Made by a program: the position numbers and the translations under genes. A DNA stretch of 64,000 nucleotides from Zygnema circumcarinatum SAG 698-1b. Lineage: Eukaryota > Plantae > Zygnematophyceae. The stretch is from contig CM074807.1 of the NCBI GenBank assembly GCA_037447605.1, positions 3,108,990 to 3,172,989 on the forward strand, given 5' to 3'. The notes beneath the pieces are model-generated. The model was not told the origin of the DNA and ran no database searches. It saw only the letters and a list, made by a program, of their open reading frames with translations. Below, piece after piece: positions 24,601 to 36,600 of this stretch. Position 1 is the first letter of the stretch; each line of letters opens with the position of its first letter.

Positions 24601-27600
24601 AAACCCTGAGCGCATACGCTATGCGGACTGCAAATCTGCAGCTGAGTTACTTGTGAGAATGGTGCTGATACCTTCATTGCAGGTGGAAGTCAGTGAAAGG
24701 AATGGTACAGAGCAAGACTTGGAAACTAGCCATGGCCGACAAGAGAAGCGCTCCTTGAACCCAATCCATGGCAGCAGGGAAGGCCCTCAAGTCTTCACTC
24801 CTCCTAAAAGTGTAGATCGGTCTTGTCAAGGGGAGGAGAATGTGAGCGAGTTTAGCATGACCAAAGACGAAAGCATTCCGGCTTTCAAGAAATTTATGTG
24901 CAGAGTGGTTGTAAGTTATGAGAATCTTGAAGTTAGTCCTCCGCTTGTAACAGTCAAGGAGGCTCTATTGGACTCCCTTGGATCACTTTTGGCAGTAGTT
25001 TTCAACATTCCGAAGCTTGACATACCGGACCGCAATAAAGTCGATGATATCGACGGGGCTGTCTCTGAAGGTCAAACGACGGAAATGGACAAGTCAGAAC
25101 TATCCGATGAGTTGGAGCAATCAAGCAACGGTCTGAAAGGTGAGCAAGAAGAGAAAGGGGAAAAGGATATTCAAGATGTTAGTAGAACCTCGAGTGAGGT
25201 TTTGCGGGAGGTGGATCGTAATCATGAAGGTGGCGAGGTAATGGGGCAGGATCAGGAAAGTAGCACGACTCCTGATTCAAATGTGAATAAGGTAATCTGT
25301 GAAGGGGAACTTGAGAGTGGGGAAGAAATAAAGAAGGGCAAACGAAAGTGGGAGAAATTCAAAATGCAAGGAGGAGATGACATTGATGAGCAGGAAAGTG
25401 TTAGTGGAAAGCGGCGAGCAAACAGCGAGGGAGGAGTAGCTTCCTCGCAAGATAGCATTTCCAGTATGACCAGGAAATGGCATTCAGGTGCGGCTCTGCA
25501 GGGCCAATGGAACCATACTTACTGGGAGGTCATGGAGAAGCTGCCAGGGACTCTCTTACACAGGGCTTTTGAAGTAGTGGATGAAACCTTTTTGGAGGCT
25601 CAACAGCGGATTCAGATTTGGGCACAATACAATGGTCAAACAGAACAATTGCACGCGAGATTAAAAACCCTTGACAAAGGCCATCTCGTTGAATGGCTAG
25701 AGTTGTACGCTTCTGCAGAAAAACTGCAGCAAACGATAGATCGACAGAATGGAGATTATCAAGGTAGTTCCTTAACTGTGGATTTTTCTCTGGTGAAGGC
25801 ATCAATGAGCACAGATTTACAGGTAACCGGGGACTTGTTGAAAAACAAGATAGCTGGAAGCCTTGTCCATGCTTCTGAAACAATTTTGGAGCAGATTGAG
25901 AAGAGCAGACACATACTAATAATGCTGTGCGCCCAACTTGACGAGCCAACTTTCTCTGGAGATAACATGAATGACTTGGTATCTTTCAAGCAGGTATTGG
26001 AGCAGGTCCCAAATTGGCAAAAGACAGTTGCATTGATTCAGCAAGGAATAAATCTTCTTGATGTTGTGTATTGGGACCCGAGCAATTGGGATATGACGAG
26101 GGCAGTTGCAGGCAAATGGAAGGCTTTTCTTGAAGAACTTGAAGAGAAGGAAGGGCATGTGCAAAGTCAACTGCCAGTTTTACGAAGACAGTTAAACGCT
26201 CAGCAGGCCTCTATTAGTGAAGGCATACAAATGTTTTCTCAGGACTGGTCGGTTGACAAGCCTGATTCCGTCAATCAGCAGCCGAACCATGCACTGTCTA
26301 TTCTGCATACTTTTGAACAAAGACTTGCTCATCTGTTTGACAAAGTGCAGAAACTCACAGAGGCCGAGCAGCTGATACTTGACATTCAAAAAAGTCTAGA
26401 CCTTGTTTCAACAATACCGCTGTTGGCTGCCCTAGAGAAGCTGAAGGATGACATCGACGAACTTGGGAAATCATGGGCAGGGCTAGAAGGCATTTGGAGC
26501 AAAATGGAAATGCTGAACTCCTCACCTTTGTTGAAAACTGATCAGAAGTTTGTGAGCTCCCAACTAGAAATGACAGAGGGAAAACTTTCCGAATTTCTCG
26601 GTCGGAGTCAGCTATGGAAGAGTTCTCCCTCCATGCGAAGCCAATCGACCAGCCCCATTGACAGACGTCAGCTGTTTAGCTTTGCAGAGCCATCGCTAGT
26701 CTCCCCAGTAGCCCCACAGCCGCAGATCACTCCTGCCACCCTCATGCTCTCGCATGTTGCCATTTCTTGGCATGAGAGAGTTTCAAAGTGGATGTCTGAT
26801 AACCACATTCTGCAAGAACTGAAGTCAGCCCCGCTACGAGACTGGCATTGGGAATCTCTCCTAACTCGCTTAGGTCTGAGACATGTTCCTCTGGAGGAAA
26901 TCACACTTGGGAACCTCTGGAACATTCAGTTATCCCGGTATGAAGCAGAAGTTCGGGCAACCATACAGGAGTGTTTGGGCCAAATGGCTGTTGAGCAATT
27001 TCTCTCCCGAGTAGAGGGTGAGTGGAAGCAAAAGAATCTAGACATTGTTAGGTATAATGGTTCTGATCGTACGGTGGTGAGGGGACTAGACGAGCATATG
27101 GGCTTGATTTCAGAGCACTTGGGGATGCTAGGGACAGTCAAAACCTCACCCTACTTGGGGCCCTGGGAGAGAGAAGCAACAAATCTAGAGACAATGTTGA
27201 GCAAACTCGGCCGACTTTTAGAGGCCCTGAGCACAGTACAGCAAAGCTGGGTAAGGAGCTATGTTGCTTGAACACTTTCCTGCCATGCCTGAAATCCTTC
27301 GCGATGAATATGTAGGTGCATTTTTGTTCAGAAGGTCCTGTTGAAGAAGCAAAAAAGATCTCTTCCGGATAGGTGGATTCATGGTGCTTGCATTTGATTG
27401 GACGATAGATTCAAGAAACCTGTGATTTTCCACCACTCAGGAACACAGTAGCGTTGGCAGCGTTGATAGCTGATAACGTTTTCTGTGCTTTATTCTGCAG
27501 GTACAACTGGAAGGAATGTTTGGAAATTCCGGAGATGCAGTTTGTCAACAGCTTCCAGAAGAACGCTCTAATTTCAGCCATGTTGACACTGAGTTCAAAA

Positions 27601-30600
27601 GACTAATGGCAAGGCTGAATAGGAAGCCGCAAGTCTCAACCCTGTTGGAAGATCTCAATTTGGAGGGCCTGCTGGACGGAATGGGCCAAACATTGAAGCT
27701 TGTAACTGAGCGTCTACATGCTTTCTTGGAGCAACAACGAGAAGCCTTCCCAAGATTCTACTTCTTGGGTGATGATGACCTGCTGACATTGCTTGGAAAT
27801 CCGAAGGATTTAGCTATGGTAAACTTCATCTGCCCATAAATCTTTGTGAAATGTTCCGGACATCATGTTTATAACTTTTGCACGATTTGCGCAGTGTATG
27901 GCCATGCTCTATGGTTGGATTTGAGAGGGATTTGGCGTCCGTGCTTACAAGTCCCTTGTCGGTAGTTTTCCAGGAACTAGCACAAACCGTTGGCTACGAT
28001 GCTGATGCGTGTACGTTCATCTTGCTAAGCTAACATAACACATAAAATAATGCTTATTAAGTCGTATATGATTGGAGTTAGGAAGGCGTTACGTGAGCTA
28101 GATTCCTGGAATGCTTCCTTGTGCTGGGCTGGTTCACTTCTGGCTGACCCTGAGACTGTCGTTAATCACTTTTGCAGATTCAGAGACACCTTCGCAAGCT
28201 ATTTGTGGGCATTGCATCCCTGCGTGTGGTAAAAAAGAAAAAGGTGACAATGATTACAGCAGTTGTTTCGCCTGAAGGTGAAGAGGTGGTTCTAACAACT
28301 CCCATCTCTTTTGACACGTCTCAAAATGAAGGAGCATCAGGGGTGACTGATGTCTCTACACCTCCAGCATTTGAAGACTCAGTGGTGCCATCCCCACTTA
28401 GAGATACTTCTGAAGGGGCCGCTGCAGTTCTGACTACGTTAGAAGCAGCTGTGCGTTCCACACTAATTAACCTCCTTCTGGGAGCATTTCAGGAACTTCA
28501 ACTTTTAGAGGGTTGGTGGGCATCATGTAATGGGCAAACAGCAGCTGCCGTGGGAATGCCAGATCCATGTTCCATTCCACTAGATTCCTTGAAAGAGTTT
28601 TTAGCGTGGACAATAGCATATCCACTACAGGTGGTAGTTCTTGCTTTGCAGGTGCAATGGACAGCTGTCATCGAGGCTATACTAGATCCGGTTTCCTCTG
28701 AGACTAGAGATACAGAAAATGAGAGGGGAAAAAGGAAACAAGCACTGGTAACCATGGCCAGAACAACAGACATCATGCTCGAAGCTTTGGCAGGCGGAGC
28801 TGCTGAGCCCGGCAGTGCCTTGTCTCGCCGAAGACTTCAAGTTGTGATCACAGTGTTGGTCCATCAGAGAGACACACTCCGCCGTCTGGTGAAACTGAAT
28901 GTAGAGGATGCAACAGATTTTGCATGGCTAGCTTGCACTCGTCTATATCTCAGCATGCCAAAGCGAAAAAGTGAGCAGGAAAGCTCAAGTGGTGAAAATT
29001 TACATCAAGGTTCAGACCAGGAGGAGGTTGCCCATCTCTTGGTCTGCATGGCTGATGCTCGATTCAATTATGGTTTTGAGTATCTGGGTCAAGCAGAGCG
29101 GCTCGTACAAACTGAACTCACAGATCGATGCTTCCTCGCAGTTTCGCAGGCCCTTAAATGGGGGCAAGGGGCAGCCCTTTCTGGCCCCGCAGGAACTGGT
29201 AAAACAGAGACTATTAAGGCTCTCGGAGCCCAATTAGGGCGGTTTGTGGTTGTTTTCAATTGCGATCGCCACTTTGATCTGCAGGCCCTATGCCGCCTGC
29301 TAGCAGGCTTGGCAAGAATTGGGGCTTGGGGTTGTTTTGATGAATTCAATCGGCTGGAGGAAAGGATCTTGTCTGCTGTATCACAGCAAATACTGGCCAT
29401 TCAGGAAGGCCTTAAGCAGCACCATGAGACAGTTGACGTGCTGGGAAGGGCAGTGCCTCTGCACCCTTCGACAGGTGATTTGCCTTTTAAGATACATTAG
29501 CTATCGTATGTTTTTGTCGAAGTTTCTGAGCTGTGCATAGGAACATGGAAAATAAACCTCCCTTGCTCCAAAACTTTGTTAGTCAGACAACGCCTGATCT
29601 GAGTGATTTTAGTCGATTTTGAGTCGGGTCATTCATGCATGCTCCTTGAAATTGAAATTTAAGAACAAGCCGGCACACGATTGGGGACTTGAAGCTCAGG
29701 TATACACGATTTAAGACTGTGCATCGTCATCTCTTCCAGCAATTGTTTCTTCCATTGCAGCAAGCTTGATTCTGGTAATTGCGTTGCAGGAATATTTGTG
29801 ACTATGAATCCAAGGTATGCGGGCCGGCAACATCTTCCAGACAACCTTCAGGCTCTGCTACGCTCCGTCACTCTATCTAAACCCGATGCGGAGGCTATTA
29901 TCGAGGTGCTCCTCTTTGTTCAGGGCTTTCGCACAGCACAAAAGCTCGCCAGCAAACTCGTTCTCTTGTTTCAGGTGAGTTTCAGAATGGCAACTTACGA
30001 GCAATCTTGTCTTCCCCCTTGTTGTTCCTTTCCAACTGCATTTGCTATAATGGACAACCTTGTCCCCACACATTCATTCCTTGCCTAGGCCATTTGTGCT
30101 TTGGCTATTCAACTACTCTTACTACCCGTCTGTTAGTCACAGAAATGCGTGATTTGCGTCATATTTTGTTCATCTGAGGCTTGTGGCTTCGTGAATGGAC
30201 AAAAGTCGGCCATTCCTGCCTTAAAGGTCAACTAAGCAATTGTTTTGTTGCTGTTGACGTGTACCCTATACCTTGTTGACAGATGGCCCAGACAGAACTG
30301 AGTGACCAATTGCACTACGATTTCAGCCTTCGAGCCCTGAAGGGCACAGTCAGCAGGGCTGGACTTGCTAAAAGGAGGTCTTTCGCCCCAAACAACCTTG
30401 CTTCCAATCCCCCTCATATTGCAGGCATCTCCAGCGTGGTAAAAGTCGAAGTTGCAGCTGAGATTGGTAGTCTTGACAGTGGAATGAAAGAGGCACAGCT
30501 TTTAGTTGACAGTGTGTGGGGGGAGATGGCGCCCAAGCTTACCGGAGGTGATGAGGCGGTCTTTCAAGGGCTATTGGGAAATGTGTTTCCCGGTACACAC

Positions 30601-33600
30601 TTACAATTAGAGTCTGAAGCTGCCCTTTTCGCAGCTATACGACAGGTGCTCTTGGACTGGGAGCTGGAGGAGGGTCAAGAATGGCTGGAGAAGACATTGC
30701 ATCTCGCCAAGTTGGTGGAAGTGCATGAGGGGGTGCTGTTGGTGGGCCCCACTTCAGCAGGCAAAACTACAGCCTGGAGAGGTGGGCAGCTGCTTATGTT
30801 TTATCTTAACTATCGACGTTTTCAAAATGTGGACGGATTCCAAACGAAATGCTGCTATAGCACAGCTCAACTCCCGACATTTTAAAAATATTTTGTTGCA
30901 TGTCTCTTTGTGTGAATGATGGGTGCTTGAACCAGTGTAGTCTGTTTCTAAACGCCACTTTTTTCCTCCCAACTCCACCGTATGATGAGGTAGCTGAATC
31001 TGCAACTGATGGGTCGTCCTGTGGTGTTTTCTTTATGCAGTTGTTCTTGAAGCTTTGGGGAGAGTAAAAGGTGTTCATACGACTGCCCACGTGATCGACC
31101 CCAAATCTTTGAAAGTAGAGGAGATTTATGGGAAGCTTGATTCCAGCACCCGAGAGTGGAAGGATGGCATTTTTACGTCCTTGTTGCGCCAAGTCATAGG
31201 GCTTGTGCACGGAGACAATGATGGAGCAGGCAGTGGTGAAGGAAATGGGGCAGGTGGACTCTCATCAGGGGATGGCGCAGTTGAAGAAGCAACTGGATTA
31301 CACTGGCTTGTTTTTGATGGAGATGTAGACCCTGACTGGGTGGAAAACCTCAATTCCGTCTTAGACGACAACAAGGTGAGTATTGAATACCTTTGCCTTC
31401 GCCTTGTTGCAGTAATATTGTCACAACTTTCGCGTGTGAATTATGCAACCTAGACCTCGCATATATACGGCAGATACAGGGTAATCGTTAGTCACCAACA
31501 AAGTTTTAGGACCGTTTTTTGACACATTTATGTAGCCTGTGAACTCTGTAAAAAGTACATTCTCTTGGACCTGAAGTGGCACATTTATTCATGTCTTGGA
31601 ATCAGTAAACAGTCGTCTAAACTTGTTGCCAGATCTGAATTTTCTGTCGCTTTGCTGGTTAAGGCTATGGTTCTCATTCGACTCTCTGAACTCTGACGAG
31701 ATTTACATAATTCTTAACTTTCCTCACTTATCCGAGGTTTGTAATGTCCTGCAGATGCTAGTGCTTCCTAACGGTGAGCGATTGCGACTCCCTTCATGTG
31801 TTCGCTGCATCTTTGAAGCAGAGTCCATCCGACATGCAACTCCTGCCACTGTTTCCCGCCTTGGCATGCTTTACTTCTCCTCTGCAACCCTTTCTTTGCC
31901 CATGGTTATGGCGAGATGCCGGAATCGTTTGAGCAGGGGTGTGGCAATGCATCCCCTTCAGCGATTTGGACATTTGGAGCCGGAGAATTCTGCGGAAGGG
32001 AATGAAGGGCGGAGAGCGGAAACCGTTGTGGTTGAATCGACGGAGGTTGTGGAGGAGGCGGCAAAGAATGATATCGTGGATTTGATGCATGAGGTCAAAC
32101 AGCAGGTATCTGACTCCCACGTGACTGGGAGTCAGCTTCCAGATGCCGAAACTCGCAAGACGAGGAGGAAAGTATGTCAGGAGATATTGTTGCCCTTTCT
32201 TGAAGAGGGCGGTTTAGTTCAGAGTGGGATAGAGAAGGCAATGGATTTCAATCACGTTATGACGTATGTGCCGATGAGGGCTTTAGAAAGCGCACTTTCG
32301 CTGTTGGATGGTAGCATGGCCGAATGGATAAATCATCACGATGATTCAGAGAAAAGCGAGGAAAAATTGCACGAGTCTGCTAAGAGCTATCTTTCAGCCT
32401 GTGTGCTGCAAGCACTGCTATGGGGTGCAGGCAGCTCGATGACGCAAAGTAGTCGAACTGATTTCGGCAATTGGTTAGCAGACTCAGCAAAGAGTATGTT
32501 TTCCAAGCCCCCTGTAAGCAGCCGGAGCCCCGAGACTAACCTAATCGATTTCAGAGTGAAGCTTGGGGAGGAAACATGGTCCCCTTGGAAAGATTCTGTG
32601 CCAACCACCGAAGTTGAACTTGCCAAAGTTGGTAACTCCCGAAGTCATGGACTTGTCCCTACAGTTGACACAACGAGGCATGGACTATTCTTAAGAGCTT
32701 GGCTTACAGAGGGTCGGCCCACCATCCTATGTGGGCCCCCTGGTTGCGGAAAGAGCATGATTGTCGGGGCTTTAGTGGATACTATGCCGAAGGTGGTGCA
32801 GCTTACCATCAAGTTCTCAAGACTGACAACCCCATCGTCCTTACTAAACGGACTAATGCAGCACTGTGAGATCATGCGGAAGCGCATGAGAACAGATGCG
32901 GTGGAGTATGTGCTGCAGCCGAAACATCCTGACGGTTGGTTGGTCGTTTTCTGCAACAGAATAAACCAGCCAGCCTTTGACACCTATGGTTCACAGCCTG
33001 TGATGGCACTATTGAGGCAGCTTTGGGAAAGGGGAGGCTATTGGGACCCATCCAGGCTCGCATGGGTACATGTAGAGCGCATCAAGTGGATGGCATCATG
33101 CATCTCTACCTCGATGTTGGACAATGGTAGCAGTATGATATCATCGCGTTTCTTGAGGCATTCGAGTCTTGTTGCAATCGACCATCCTACGGTTGAAGCC
33201 CTTCACCAGATATATGGAGCTTGGAGCAAGGCGCTCTTGGAAAAGGGAGCCCCAAATCTTATAGCAGAAAGCCAAACTGTGGCTACGGCGATGGTTGACA
33301 TATACATCCGTTGCAAACAAAGGTCTGAAACAGGCCTTCATGCTCCCACCGTCTATAGTCCACGAGACCTCTCTCGCTGGATGAAGAATTTGGAGTGGGC
33401 AATCCTAAAGAGGCAGCAGGCTGTCAGCAATCTAAGAACTCCAATTGCATCATCACCTGCGGTTTCACCACTCAGTGTGTGGAGTATTGCCAGAAGTCCC
33501 CTCCTAAACGAGTATGACAAGCCACTGCAGGGAAGTCCAAATATGTTGACTGGTTGGAGCAGTGGGAAGGAGATAACAGAGGTTCGCTTGGACGACTTTG

Positions 33601-36600
33601 TGAGATTATGGCTGCATGAGGGGTTACGGATATGGCGAGACAGACTATGGGCAGTTGAAGAGAAGGAATGGGTAGATCAGGAAATGGATATGCTGGTGCA
33701 AAGGTTTTTTCCTGAAACTGATGTCGTGTCTTGTATCACTCGCCCGATCTTTTACTCGACCTGGCTTTCATTTGGATATGAACCTGTCACTATGCCTCAA
33801 TTGGCAGAATTCTTAGAGAGGCAGCTGCTGATTTTCCAAGAAAGACAAGCAGTCGACGGCAGCAAAGACACTCCCAATGCGAATCCTGGTTTCCCTAAGG
33901 GCTGCAAACTGCTCATGTCCAAAGACATGGCCGAACGAGTCCTGCAAATGAGCCTTGTCCTGCAGAAACCGGGGGGGCATCTCCTTGTTGCGGGAAACAG
34001 TGGAACTGGAAAATCCACAGTTGCAGGATTTGCAGCGCAGTTAGCAGGTCTGCAGGTGGTAGTGGCTATCACTCACGGGGGATACACGGAAGGTCAGCTC
34101 GATGTTGACCTTTGGGCTCTCCTCCGAAGGGCCGGATGTGACGGAGAGGAGGTCTGTTTGCTGGTCGATGAAGCACAGGAGTTGCAGCCCAAAGCTCTGG
34201 AAAAGCTGCACTCCCTTTTGGCTTTTGGGGAAATTCCGGGACTTATAGGAGATGCGGATTTTCAGGTGAACGCCAAAATTCTGACTGAAAAGTTCATGCT
34301 GAATTCTGACTCTCTGTCCTAGCTTCTCTATAGCAAATTCAAGGCTTTTCACTGATTGTGAGTGGATGTGTGTCGCACGCTGAATGGAGTCGATAGGGCT
34401 GATTGAACGTCTAAATTGCATGAATACGATGTTCCAGACGACTGTAAAAAGAGGAAGATATTGGCGAGATTTGTTTAAGCTGGTCAAAGAATGAGCATGG
34501 CAATAACGCGAATGCCTACTGTATTGAGGGAGAGTAGGAAACCAACAGAACTGAGATTGCCCTGCTGAATTGTTTTTTCCTATTTTGTGATTCAGATCAT
34601 CCTCAAAGAGTGTGATGTTGCAGCCAAAGAGGAGGGCGAGAGTCTGGAGTCTACGGAGGAGCTTTACAACTTCTTTGTGGCACGGGTTTTGAAAAACCTT
34701 CACGTGTGCTTAGTGATGACAGCAACAGGCGAAAGGATTAGAGAATTGGCAATCTTTTGTCCTGCCCTTCTCAGTGACTGCGTTCTCCACTGGTGCACCC
34801 CCTTTTCTGACGATTCCCTGCTTGAAATGGCCATAGTGAGGGCAGCAGAAGCCATGCAAAAGCTTCATATACCCACCCTCGCATTTGAAGGGAAAGATAT
34901 AGCTCAGCAAAGCGGCACAACCAAATCAGATCTTCTGAGAGCCGAGCCTTTAGAGGTGAACAAGGCAATGGCAGGCTGTCTTGTAGCTATACACAAGGAA
35001 GCTGTTCGCGTCTTCAACAACCTTCCCCCCCCTCTGAATACCTGCGCCACACTTGCCTCCTTTCAGGACCTTTTGCAACACTTTGTTACTCTCTTTGGGA
35101 CATATCACAAAACAGCAAGCCAACAGCTTCTCCACCTCGAACAGGGTCTGTCGAAGGTGCAAACTGCAGAGCAAGAACTGGCAGAACTCCGCGTGCTATT
35201 AGCAGAGAAAGGCACAGAGCTGGAACAGAAACGGGCAGAAGCGACTCTAAAGCTGCTCGCTGTAGAGTCTGACCAGAGGCTGGTAGAAAAGCAGCAGAGC
35301 AGTGCTAACCAACTGGTTAGTCAGGTGGAGCAGCAGAAAAGGGACATTGGGGTCCGGAGGGAGGCAGCTCAGCAAGTGTTGGCAGAGGCAGAGCCGGCAG
35401 TGGAGGAGGCAAGGTCCGCAGTGCAATGTATGAAGAAGGCACACTTGGACGATCTGAGGTTCATGCCAAATCCTCCGGATTCGGTGAAACAGGTAACTCT
35501 CAGGATGTTTCCTGATTTAGCAACTTATGTCTGATTTTGCACATTTGAAAGACATGGTTGCATTACGGGACATTCAGAAATTTGAGCTAGGAGAAACTTA
35601 CCTCATTGCAGGAGTTAAGCTCGCTTCTGGGCAGACCTGAGGAATCGTGCAATTAGGTGCATGGCAGAATCTGATGACCCTTTGATATTCTAACGAGGTT
35701 TCTGTCGCGCAATGCAAACAGACTGAATAAGAAGTAAAGCAGAAACTGAAATTGCGCCTTTATTTGAAAGAATGATTGGTGACGAGTTTCTGAACTTGCC
35801 ACTAGCATGTATCACTTTGTACAGTTGTCAAATGACTGGGAGCGGGGATGCACGGACGAGAGATAGCGTGTTTGCTCCATTGCAGTATTAATGCCACCAA
35901 ATTCCTTATTTTGGAGAGAAAATGGGTATGGGTGGTGGATGGGCTTATCAGACCCTTGAAGGAGTCTGCCTCCTGCTCACCGGCTCCAAGCCCACCACGT
36001 GGCAAGCCATTCTGTCCATTGTCCGGCGATCAGACTTCATTGCCTCCATTTTGGCATTCCGCCTTTCATCTCTGAGCCAGTCCATTACATCTCGGATCCG
36101 TGCCGATTACCTGGATAACCCTAATCTATCCTTCAGCATCGTAAACAGGTACATTGCATGATTTTTTGGTCTTGCCTTCAACCTTGCACTTGCCGCAACA
36201 TTTTCTTCTGATCCTGGTCGACAAGCTATGCCATTATTAGCCTGTGTTGGGTTTTAGAGATTCAAGCAAACGGTAGCAGCCAATTGCAACAATGTGGCAA
36301 TGCAATACGAGCAGCTTGAATTAGCCAGTGTATCGCACGCTGAGCTCCCTCAGGGTTGACAGGAGACTACCGTTGTGAAACTATCTTGCAGAGCAAGTCG
36401 GGTCTGTGGTCCGTTGTATCGTTGGCTTGCAGCCGTTGTGGAGTATGGAGAGATTTTAGTCCGCGTGCAGCCACTAAGGGATGAAGTGGCGGGGTTGGAG
36501 GAGGAGTACAACAAAATGCAGCAGCGACTGGACGCATCACAGGTTCCTTTATGATCTTACTTTGCTGGCAGACTTGGTTTTATTCCCCTGACAACTGCTC

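Noticed and set aside
28172-31453. Assignment of the dynein to dynein-2 (IFT) or axonemal classes, the expected types in flagellated plants
   Set aside because: Diagnostic residues in AAA1, AAA2, AAA3, the MTBD and the N-terminal domain match recalled dynein-1 sequences better. A phylogeny is still needed for proof.
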